Positions 26,448-34,115 of a DNA stretch of 34,115 nucleotides are shown here, piece after piece. The position numbers and the translations under genes are program-made. Below the pieces are notes generated by a model. It worked only from the letters and a program-made list of their open reading frames with translations. It was not told where the DNA came from and did no database searches. This DNA is from Planctomycetota bacterium. GTDB taxonomy: Bacteria; Planctomycetota; SZUA-567; H5-PLA8. How positions within the stretch are numbered: the first letter of the stretch is position 1; each line of letters opens with the position of its first letter. The DNA lies in NCBI GenBank assembly GCA_045863855.1, contig BTVV01000064.1, positions 1 through 34,115 of the forward strand, given 5' to 3'.

Positions 26448-26641
26448 TCGAACCGGCCCGAATTCGCGCCCTTTCATGCGCGCAATACTTCGATATAGGA
26501 CTCTAAGAAAGAATGCATTAATCCGCCGTTTCGGCTCAAAAAAGAAAGCCATTCCCGCCCCAAACCTGAAGACCCGGGGCCGGCCGTCCGCCGCGCCTGA
26601 GGTTCGGGTGCGTATGATCCCTGCGCGCTCCGCCCATTCCG

Positions 26642-26676
26642 CCGTTTACCGTTCACCGTTCACCGTTTACCGTCTT
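26642..26676 (+). repeat. Five tandem heptads ending 4 nt before the ggt ATG
   Basis: CCGTTTA CCGTTCA CCGTTCA CCGTTTA CCGTCTT. Confidence 0.9.
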
Positions 26677-26680
26677 CCCC

Positions 26681-28288
26681 ATGCCCGCCGCCCGCCTCCA
26701 ACGCCCCGGTCTCTGGCCCGGACGCTCCAGCGTCCTTGGCCGCCGCGGCGCCGTCGCCGCTTCGCAGCCGCTGGCCACGCAGGCCGGCATCGAGATGCTC
26801 CAAAACGGCGGGAACGCCATCGACGCCGCCATCGCCACCGCCGCGGCGCTGTGCGTGGTCGAACCTATGAGCACCGGGCTGGGCGGCGACATGTTCGCCT
26901 TGTACTGGTCCGCGAAAGACGCCAAGCTTAAGGGCCTCAACGGTTCCGGCCGCTGCCCGCAAAGCCTCTCCTGGCGCACCTTCGCGCGCGTCGGGCTTAA
27001 CTACATTCCCCAGCGCGGCTGGAAGGCCGTCACCGTCCCCGGCACCGTCGACGGCTGGTGGACGCTCCATCAGGCCGACGGCAAGCTGCCCTTCGGAGAT
27101 CTGCTCGAGCCGGCCATACGCTATGCGCGCGACGGCTTCCCGGTCAGCGAAGTAATCGCCGGGCACTTCGAGTCCGCGCCGAAGGTTCTCCAGAACGACT
27201 CCGCGCGCGCCGTCTACCTGCCCGGCGGCCAGCCGCCGGTGTACGGGCAGATCCTCAAACAGCCCGATCTGGCGCGCACCTTGGAGCGTATCGCGAAAGG
27301 CGGGCGCGATGCCTTCTACCGCGGCGAAATCGCGAGCGAGATCCTCGCCGCCAGCCAGGCCGAGGACGGTACGTTCTCCGCCGCCGACTTCGAAGCCCAC
27401 GCATCCACTTGGGTCGAGCCCATCCAGGCCCATTTTCAGGGTCTCGAGGTCTGCGAACTCCCGCCCAACGGGCAAGGCTTGGCCGCGCTCTTGGCGCTGA
27501 ACATTCTGACCAGCCAGAAGCTCTCCGATCTGCGCAAGCACTGGCCCGATCTCACCCATGCCATGCTCGAAGCCATCAAGCTCGCGTTCGCCGAGCGCGA
27601 CGTCCACGTCGCCGATCCCGAACGCTACGCCGTCCCGCTCAAGAAACTCCTCTCGCTTACCTTCGCCACGCACGCGGGGATGACCATCGACCGCGCACGC
27701 GCCGTCCCGCGCGCGGGCTCGCTCGTCGGCGACCCCGACGGCGACACGGTCTACCTCAGCGCCGCGGACGGCGACGGGAACCTCGTCTCGTTCATCAACA
27801 GCCTGTATATGGGCTTCGGGAGCGGGCTGGTGGCGGGCAAGAGCGGTGTGATGCTACAGAACCGCGGCGCGTGCTTCTCGCTTCAGGACGGGCATCCCAA
27901 TCGCATCGAATCCGGGAAGCGTCCGTTTCATACGATCATTCCGGGCTTCGCGCTGCGCCACGGCAAGCCGCATATGGCCTTCGGCGTGATGGGCGGCTTC
28001 CATCAGGCGCAAGGCCACGTTCAGGTGCTCGTCAACCTGATGCTGCATCAGATGTCGCTGCAGGAAGCGCTCTCCGCGCCGCGCTTCGACTTCCGCACCG
28101 AGAATTTCGTCGCCTTCGAGCGCGATTACCCGCAGGAACTGATTCAGGATCTCGCCGGACGCGGGCACCAAGTCGTGGCGAACGATCAAGGCCCGTTTGG
28201 GGGCGCCCAAGCCATTCGGATCCTCGATGGGGGCGTCCTGGAGGCCGCCAGCGACCCCCGCAAGGACGGTTGCGCGATGGGCATTTGA
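26681..28288 (+). CDS. ggt: Gamma-glutamyltransferase (no signal peptide)
   Basis: GGNAIDAAIA, VVEPMSTGLGGD, VTVPG, ELPPNGQG, DTVYL (Thr nucleophile), SFINS, KRPFHTIIP, GVMGG, ASDPRKDG. Confidence 0.95.
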   Translation: MPAARLQRPGLWPGRSSVLGRRGAVAASQPLATQAGIEMLQNGGNAIDAAIATAAALCVVEPMSTGLGGDMFALYWSAKDAKLKGLNGSGRCPQSLSWRTFARVGLNYIPQRGWKAVTVPGTVDGWWTLHQADGKLPFGDLLEPAIRYARDGFPVSEVIAGHFESAPKVLQNDSARAVYLPGGQPPVYGQILKQPDLARTLERIAKGGRDAFYRGEIASEILAASQAEDGTFSAADFEAHASTWVEPIQAHFQGLEVCELPPNGQGLAALLALNILTSQKLSDLRKHWPDLTHAMLEAIKLAFAERDVHVADPERYAVPLKKLLSLTFATHAGMTIDRARAVPRAGSLVGDPDGDTVYLSAADGDGNLVSFINSLYMGFGSGLVAGKSGVMLQNRGACFSLQDGHPNRIESGKRPFHTIIPGFALRHGKPHMAFGVMGGFHQAQGHVQVLVNLMLHQMSLQEALSAPRFDFRTENFVAFERDYPQELIQDLAGRGHQVVANDQGPFGGAQAIRILDGGVLEAASDPRKDGCAMGI

Positions 28289-28480
28289 TACATTTGGCAA
28301 AACTTCGCCTAAAATTTTTGTATCTTCCCCGTTCCGTTGTGCCGAAAAATAAGTATGATGCCAAACGCCTCAAACACGTGTGCATCTCCTTGTGCAGCCA
28401 GACCTCTAGGGGTAAGCTGCCGTAGGACTTATGTTGTCGGCGAAGCCCGCACTTCGCCCTCGAAAAAGCGGGAGTCTTTT

Positions 28481-29155
28481 GTGACCACGCGTGCACTAGA
28501 CAGACTCGTGCTGGCTCTCGCCTTAGCGACCCTTCCGCTTCAAGCTGCCGACTCGCCCGCTTCGGCTGTCGTGGCCGCCCCCGGCGCGCTCTTTCAGCTT
28601 CCGCCGCAGCACGTGTGGGAACGCTACGACGCGCCGCAGCTCGCGTATCACCTAATGCGTACGTACCTCACCGAAGCCGAGTGGAAGGCCGAAGTCACGA
28701 AGGTCCAGCGCCGCTTCAAAGACTGGGAACGCGACACCAAGGGCGACATGGGCCGCTTTCTCAACGACCGCCTGATCATCGTTGCGCTTTCCGCGGCCGG
28801 CGGCGAGCCCGAGAAGATCAAGCGCGGCATCTCGTATCTCGCGCTGTACCACGAATTCAAGGAAATACCGCCCACCATCGTGACGAAGTTCATGGGCACG
28901 CATTTCGGAAGCATGTCCCGCCTGCTCAACGGATTCACGTGGGAGAAAGCCACCGATTACGTGAAGCAGAAGCGCTGGCGCGAAGATCTGCGCAAGCCCG
29001 TACCGGTCGAGTCCAATCGCCAGGAGACGGCGGTGGTGCCCGGCGAAGCCGCCGAGGTCAAACCCGCGCCCACGCCGGCCAGCATGTCCGTGGCCGGAGA
29101 TGTCGGACATCAGGATGGCCGCATCGAATACAGCCGCGGCATCGACAATCCGTAG
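28481..29155 (+). CDS. Secreted hypothetical protein, mostly helical
   Basis: GTG with GGGAG upstream; signal-like RALDRLVLALALATLPLQA-AD; typical codon usage. Confidence 0.7.
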   Translation: MTTRALDRLVLALALATLPLQAADSPASAVVAAPGALFQLPPQHVWERYDAPQLAYHLMRTYLTEAEWKAEVTKVQRRFKDWERDTKGDMGRFLNDRLIIVALSAAGGEPEKIKRGISYLALYHEFKEIPPTIVTKFMGTHFGSMSRLLNGFTWEKATDYVKQKRWREDLRKPVPVESNRQETAVVPGEAAEVKPAPTPASMSVAGDVGHQDGRIEYSRGIDNP

Positions 29156-29166
29156 CGGTCGGCCTT

Positions 29167-29194
29167 AATTCTAAGTTCAAAACTTGGAATTCAA
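29167..29194. repeat. Degenerate AT-rich heptad tract between convergent genes
   Basis: aattcta agttcaa aacttgg aattcaa. Confidence 0.45.
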
Positions 29195-29242
29195 AAAGCG
29201 GGTGCCTGCTGCGCCGCTTGAAATTATCCGTTTGCAGCCCCG

Positions 29243-30115
29243 TTACTTCTTCCGCGCCACCAGCACCTTCGTACTCGGCCCGTCGCTCACCATCCGCGTC
29301 AGCGCCAGTTCGGGGTAATACAGCAACGCCCCCGTCACGCCGCCGAACGCTTCGCCAAGCCCCACCGGCTTCCCGATTTTGTAGGGCAGCTTCGTCAGCG
29401 ACCAGAGCGTCTTATGGAATACCTTTCCGATCCCGCTGCGGTCGGTGGGGCTGTTCATCAGCACGAAGAGCGGCTTGATCGAACGGACCTCGAACCCGCG
29501 CGCGGCCAGCGCCCGTTCGTACTCCTCGAGCGTCCGGCGCTTCACGTGGCTCAACTGGCTGCCTTGGCGCTGAAACTTATCGAAGACGATCGCGTGCCCG
29601 CCCGGCTCCAGCGCCGCGGCCAGGTTATCCAGCGCGCCGTTCCACGCGCCGTCGTCGACGAGATGAAAGAGCACGTCGAACGCCGTTGCGAGCCGGCAGG
29701 CGCCTGCCGAGGCCCCCAGTTCCAGCGGTTTCCCGATGTCCGCCGCCGCGAACGACCAGTTCAAGCCGGCGTAGCGTTCCCGCGCCGCCTGCACCGCGAC
29801 TTCGGCGATATCGAAGCCCGTCACGTGCGCCGCGTTCAGCGTGCGCCATAGATCCAGGTAGAAGCCCGTCCCGAACGCCAGTTCCAGAATCCGCGCGCCC
29901 GCGATCTGGATGCCGTGTTCCTTCAGCGTTCTCAGCAGCACCTGCCGCCGCGCGCGGTAGGCCCACTCGTTGAATTTCAGCCCCACGCCCGAATGGCCGA
30001 CGCCGGCGAGCGAGAAATCCTTGTTCAGCCGCTCGTTCCAGTACGCGCCGGGATCGTACGCCGGGCGCACCTTCTCGCCGGAAGGGGTCGTGGTGGGGGT
30101 ACCGCCTGCGTTCAT
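29243..30115 (-). CDS. Class I SAM-dependent methyltransferase
   Basis: YWNERL, ILELAFGTG, GFDIAE, AFDVLFHLVDD, LEPGG; -10 TACGAT 6 nt before ATG 30115. Confidence 0.85.
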   Translation of the reverse strand: MNAGGTPTTTPSGEKVRPAYDPGAYWNERLNKDFSLAGVGHSGVGLKFNEWAYRARRQVLLRTLKEHGIQIAGARILELAFGTGFYLDLWRTLNAAHVTGFDIAEVAVQAARERYAGLNWSFAAADIGKPLELGASAGACRLATAFDVLFHLVDDGAWNGALDNLAAALEPGGHAIVFDKFQRQGSQLSHVKRRTLEEYERALAARGFEVRSIKPLFVLMNSPTDRSGIGKVFHKTLWSLTKLPYKIGKPVGLGEAFGGVTGALLYYPELALTRMVSDGPSTKVLVARKK

Positions 30116-30231
30116 GCGCCCATCGTAATGGCGCACCGCGAACCGAAAAGCGGAAAGGCGCAACCGCTCGCCAAGCCGCGCGATCATTCAAGAAAGGGCA
30201 GGGGACCTGCCGTAGTCCTTCGCCCTCACCC

Positions 30232-31761
30232 TTACGGGAAGAACGGGCTCTTCGGCGTCGTCGTCTCGCACCAGCGCGTCGCCTTCAGATACGGGATCAA
30301 GACGCCCAGCGCTTCCGCCGTCCCGACCTGATGCAGCGCTTCCACCGCGTACCCGCGCATGTAACGGTTCTCGTGCTCCAGACAGCGCGCCAGCGGCTCC
30401 ACCGCCTCGGCCGCCGCCGGACCCAGCCGCGCCAGCGCCAGCACCGCGTTGAAGGCCACTTCCATGTCCGCGTCGTCCAGCCGCTCGATCAACGCTGGGA
30501 TCGCCGTCTTCGCCGCCGCGCTCTTCTGGCCCAACGCCTCCACCGCGTGATGCCGCACGCCTGCGTCTTCGTCGCGCGCCGCCTGCGCCAACGCCGCGAT
30601 CGCCTCCGCACCGCGCGCCGCGCCGCTGGGGTTCTCGCCCAACGCGAAAGCCGCCCACTTCCGCACGTGCGCTTCCGGCGCGCGTAACTCTTGGATCAGC
30701 GCAGGGACCGCCTCCGCGCCCAGCGAACTCAGCACGTATCCGGCGTTGCGTTGAGCCGCCTCGCCGCCCGAACGCAGCAGCGCCTGGCATGGCGCGATCG
30801 CCGCCGCGCCGTGCGTCGCCAGCGCGTAGACCGCGTTCAACGCCACCGCTTCCGCCGGATCTTCCAGGGCCTTGACCAGCGCCGGGACGGCTTGCGCCGC
30901 CGCCGGGCCCAGCCGTTCCAGTTCATCCGCCGCCGCCGCGCGATCGGCCAACTCCGGCGCGCTCAAGCGCTCGATCGCTCCCCGCGCCGCGCTCGCATCG
31001 CTCACCGCTTGCGTCCGTGCCGCCGGCGCTTCCGCTCCGGCTCGCCAGCGCCGCAACTGCCGCCACATCCCGCGGTGCGCCACCTCGCCCTCGGGCTGCG
31101 GCCAGCCGCCTTCTTCCTCGTCCGCGCGATCAATCCCCGCCGCGCCTTCCACGCTCGGTTCTTCCAGGCGCATGAACTCGAACTTCAGCATGAAGCGCTG
31201 CTTCCCGCTCGTGTTCGCCGTCGCACGGTGCCAGATGTCGTAATGGATCAGGAAGCACGTCCCGGCCTCGCCCGTCACCTGCGCCGCGCCGGGTTCGCCG
31301 TCGCGCGAATAGTGATGTGCGCGCCCCGGCAGCACGCCCGTCGGACCCATGTCGAGCGTAACGTCCTGCGGGTAGTACATGATCATCGCCCACCACGGCC
31401 GGTGATGCCGGATCTGCCGGTGATAGCCCCAGTAGCTGTCCTTGTGCCAGCCGCCGCCGGCGCTCTGCATGTTCTCGTGCATGTGCCGGTGCGGGTGCAT
31501 GAAGTAGCGCTTTCCCAGGATGCTCGTCAGCGCGCCCTTCACCGTGGGGCACTCGAAGACCGCCTGCAGTTTCGGGACGTGCGGCAAAATGTTATTCCCG
31601 GGATTTCCGTGGCGTCGTTCCAGCACCGCGCGGCATTCCGAAAGCGTCTGCTCGTGAAATTCGCGCGGCAGATCGGTCTTCAGCACCAAAAACCCATGCG
31701 TGAAGAACTGCCGGATCTGGGTCTCGGTGAGCATCTTCAAAGGCTGATGGCGCACGATCAT
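30232..31761 (-). CDS. Phytanoyl-CoA dioxygenase (PhyH)-family Fe(II)/2OG domain fused to HEAT/PBS-lyase repeats
   Basis: QFFTHGFL, WHKD (HxD), YYPQD, GPTGVLPG, IWHRA; repeated AVPAL...D...VR..A..ALG; GGAGG RBS. Confidence 0.88.
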   Translation of the reverse strand: MIVRHQPLKMLTETQIRQFFTHGFLVLKTDLPREFHEQTLSECRAVLERRHGNPGNNILPHVPKLQAVFECPTVKGALTSILGKRYFMHPHRHMHENMQSAGGGWHKDSYWGYHRQIRHHRPWWAMIMYYPQDVTLDMGPTGVLPGRAHHYSRDGEPGAAQVTGEAGTCFLIHYDIWHRATANTSGKQRFMLKFEFMRLEEPSVEGAAGIDRADEEEGGWPQPEGEVAHRGMWRQLRRWRAGAEAPAARTQAVSDASAARGAIERLSAPELADRAAAADELERLGPAAAQAVPALVKALEDPAEAVALNAVYALATHGAAAIAPCQALLRSGGEAAQRNAGYVLSSLGAEAVPALIQELRAPEAHVRKWAAFALGENPSGAARGAEAIAALAQAARDEDAGVRHHAVEALGQKSAAAKTAIPALIERLDDADMEVAFNAVLALARLGPAAAEAVEPLARCLEHENRYMRGYAVEALHQVGTAEALGVLIPYLKATRWCETTTPKSPFFP

Positions 31762-31946
31762 GGGGTCCGAACCTCCGTTTAAGCAACACGCCGCCCTAGC
31801 GAGCGCCCCAAAGCGCCCGCCCCGCGAGTCCGACTCGCCGAGTGAGGGAAAATGCTCTTCTTAGCCCAGCGGCGCATCCTGCTTGCCCGCCGCCTGCTCC
31901 GTCTCTTTCGATACCTATACCTACCCCACAAGACCCGTGCAGCACC

Positions 31947-31995
31947 ATGGATAGCGCTAAGGTTTACATGGACTTTCGTAGGGTCCGAGATGGAC
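31947..31995 (-). promoter_or_regulatory. Three direct repeats (A/G)TCCAT at 21-22 bp period, candidate AraC-family operator
   Basis: Plus strand ATGGAT 31947, ATGGAC 31968, ATGGAC 31990; located between araC and the PhyH-HEAT gene. Confidence 0.5.
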
Positions 31996-32097
31996 GGAGG
32001 CAGGGCGGGGGATTGGTTTCCAGGGGCCGGTTCACGGCTACTGAAAGCAGGCAATCGGCCGTTGCCAATGACGAGAACTGGAACCGGCAACGGGAAA

Positions 32098-33000
32098 CTA
32101 TCCGTTCTTCGTCTCTCCCCGCTGCGCCTCCTCGCGGTACTTCGTCGGAGCGATCCCCGTCAGCCGGCTGAACGCGCGCGAAAAATAATACGGGTCGCGG
32201 TAGCCCACCGTCTCCGCCACTTCCGAGACCGGCCGCTGCGTCCGCGCCAGCAATTCCTGCGCGCGCCTCAAGCGGAGTTGCTCCAGGTACTTCATCGGCG
32301 GCATCCCCACCAGCCGTTTGAAGACCTGCGTGAAGTACGTCGGGTGCAGATGCGCCGCCGCGGCCAGGTCGGTCAGCGATAAATCGTCGCCGAAGTTCCG
32401 CGTCATTTGCGCGAGCACGTCGCGGATGCGGTCCACCGGCAGCCGCGTATTCGTATTCTCCGCGACGCTCGGCTTGGCCTCGGCTTTGGCGATGCGCCGG
32501 TCCGGCGGCCGGTGATCCGAAGCCGGCGCGCGGTACGCCACCAGCAAGATACGCATCAGCAGGCTTTTCAGCGCCAACTGCCGCGCCGCGCCTTGCCCGC
32601 GCCACTCCGCGTGCAGTTCCTTCGACAGCTCCAGCACCCGCGCCGCGCTCTCGCCGCGCAGCGCGCGGGGCGGGGGAAAGAGCCGCAGAAGCTGCAAGGT
32701 CTGCGTCGTCGCCGACTCGAAGTGGACCCAGATCTTGCGCATCGGGTCCGCCGCGTCCGTATCGCCCTGCTGGATCGTCCCCGACGGAAACAGCAAGACG
32801 TCACCGGCCGACAGGCCGTACTCTTCGTCTTCCAGCCGCGCCCGCGCCTTGCCGCTCAAGACCGCGTAGATCTTGTCGCAGTGGCTCCGGTGCGCCAGCG
32901 GCACCCACTGCTGCCGCACGTACCCGTCCACCACCGTCTCGACCCGGAAGGACGCTTCCGCGAGCAACGCGTCGAGCTGTTCGGCGAGGGGCTGGGCCAT
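32098..33000 (-). CDS. AraC family transcriptional regulator (cupin sensor plus double HTH)
   Basis: HRSHCDKIYAVLSGK cupin; LSLTDLAAAAHLHPTYFTQVFK, VSEVAETVGYRDPYYFSRAF..TGIAPTKYR. Confidence 0.93.
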   Translation of the reverse strand: MAQPLAEQLDALLAEASFRVETVVDGYVRQQWVPLAHRSHCDKIYAVLSGKARARLEDEEYGLSAGDVLLFPSGTIQQGDTDAADPMRKIWVHFESATTQTLQLLRLFPPPRALRGESAARVLELSKELHAEWRGQGAARQLALKSLLMRILLVAYRAPASDHRPPDRRIAKAEAKPSVAENTNTRLPVDRIRDVLAQMTRNFGDDLSLTDLAAAAHLHPTYFTQVFKRLVGMPPMKYLEQLRLRRAQELLARTQRPVSEVAETVGYRDPYYFSRAFSRLTGIAPTKYREEAQRGETKNG

Positions 33001-33003
33001 ACG

Positions 33004-33038
33004 TATACGGTAAACGGTGATCGGGATTCGGTAAACGG
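33004..33038 (-). repeat. Five tandem heptads ending 3 nt before the araC ATG
   Basis: Minus strand CCGTTTA CCGAATC CCGATCA CCGTTTA CCGTATA. Confidence 0.85.
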
Positions 33039-33050
33039 TAAGGGCGGACG

Positions 33051-33878
33051 TCACTCCTCCGCCGGACGTTCCTTCAGGCTCTTCTCCAGCGCTTCCTGCA
33101 CCAGCGGCAGCAGCCGGGCGGCGACGAGTTTGTTGCCCGCTGCGCTGGGATGGTTCGCGTCCGTCCAGTGCTCCGGACGGTTCAAGTCGTACTGCATGTT
33201 CGGCAGATACAGCGCGTCGTACTTCGCGCACAACTCCTGCTCCATTTTTCTCATTGAGAAGCCCAACTCCGGCGTCGCGCGCGCCAGCGTATTCGGCGGA
33301 TGAACCTTCGGCACTTCCTGCCCGGCCACATTGAGGTGCGGGCCGAAGACGCTCGCGAAGACCACCTGGATCTTGCTGTCCCGGCAGCGCGCGAGGATGA
33401 ATTCCAGATCTTCCCGAACCAGTTCCAGCGGCCGGCTGGCTTGGATGAAATCGTTGGCGCCCAGCGCGATCACCGCTACGCGCGGCTTCAGGCTCAGCAC
33501 GTCTTGCCGCAGCCGCCAGCGCCCCCCGCCGACCGTATCGCCGCCGATCCCCTTGTTGATCACTTCGCAGTCCGGCAGATCCAGCGCCAGGTAATCGCTG
33601 AAGCGCCCGCCCCAGCCGCCGCAGCTCGTCAGGCTGTCCCCGAAGCAGACGATCCGCCGGTCCGTACGGTGCGTCGAGCGGTGCGTGAAGTACGTCCCCA
33701 GCGCCAGGATCCCCAGCACCGCCGCCAGCGCCACCGTCACCAGCCGGCGCATGGCCTTGGGCGAGAGGTCCGTCTCCACCGGCTCGTGGATCTGTTCCAC
33801 CGCCGGCGCCTCGGACACCTCGGGCGCGGGAGCCGCGTCTGCGGACTCCGGCGTCGAAAGCGTGGGAGTGTCGCTCAT
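33051..33878 (-). CDS. Membrane-anchored SGNH/GDSL hydrolase
   Basis: FGDSLT, NKGIGGDT, LGAND, DANHP; TM LVTVALAAVLGILALGTYF. Confidence 0.9.
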   Translation of the reverse strand: MSDTPTLSTPESADAAPAPEVSEAPAVEQIHEPVETDLSPKAMRRLVTVALAAVLGILALGTYFTHRSTHRTDRRIVCFGDSLTSCGGWGGRFSDYLALDLPDCEVINKGIGGDTVGGGRWRLRQDVLSLKPRVAVIALGANDFIQASRPLELVREDLEFILARCRDSKIQVVFASVFGPHLNVAGQEVPKVHPPNTLARATPELGFSMRKMEQELCAKYDALYLPNMQYDLNRPEHWTDANHPSAAGNKLVAARLLPLVQEALEKSLKERPAEE

Positions 33879-33885
33879 GCCGATT

Positions 33886-33914
33886 ACCTTATACGCAAAA
33901 TCCGGAAACGTAAA
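33886..33914 (-). promoter_or_regulatory. Putative promoter TTTACG-17-TAAGGT, 7 nt before ATG 33878
   Basis: Spacing fits; TAAGG could instead act as an SD. Confidence 0.35.
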
Positions 33915-34115
33915 TCAGGAGCGCGCGCCCCGCCGGAGCCGCCCGATTCTCGGCGTCGAGCGGGCTTGCATGCTCGCCTGCGCCAAGCTCCAAACCTCAT
34001 TTCCAAGGTCGTGCCCCCCTCCCGCATTCTTTCCCTATCCTAAACCGCCCTGCCTCCTATGCTTCCTGCCATCCACCCATAGATTGCCTAAACCCCTAAC
34101 CCGTACCGATTAACC

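Noticed and set aside
26642..26676. CRISPR array or iteron interpretation of the heptad repeats
   Set aside because: Units are 7 nt with no spacers; no cas or rep genes
28290..28480. c-di-GMP-I riboswitch suggested by GGCAAA...GCCTAAA
   Set aside because: Elements are too close together; the GNRA-capped P2 stem and P3 cannot be formed

Overview
High-GC bacterial chromosomal segment with about 26 CDS. It is probably Planctomycetota-like, inferred from the DLG-type membrane Ser/Thr kinase, sulfatase, HEAT lipoprotein, PhyH-HEAT fusion and bacterial topoisomerase VI. I found no rRNA, tRNA, CRISPR array, transposase or integrase. Recognisable genes: miaB, archaeal-type topoisomerase VI (top6B-top6A), adk, ggt, a cysteine desulfurase, a sulfatase, a Gfo/Idh/MocA oxidoreductase, two xylose-isomerase-like TIM barrels, a MocD-like desaturase, an AlkP-family enzyme, two SAM methyltransferases, an AraC regulator and an SGNH hydrolase. 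Most notable observations: (1) an ECF sigma factor reads in frame into a metallophosphoesterase that keeps its own strong internal start, and the gene lies tail-to-tail with a receptor Ser/Thr kinase; (2) five-unit CCG-heptad arrays sit directly before the start codons of unrelated genes (ggt, araC, and degenerate at top6A); (3) many genes look leaderless, with a -10 box 6-7 nt before ATG; (4) Top6B has a long Lys-rich tail and a DnaA box lies between top6B and top6A; (5) a TIM barrel lacking most metal ligands is translationally coupled to a GT-C-like membrane protein. All family calls come from motif recognition by eye; no searches were run.
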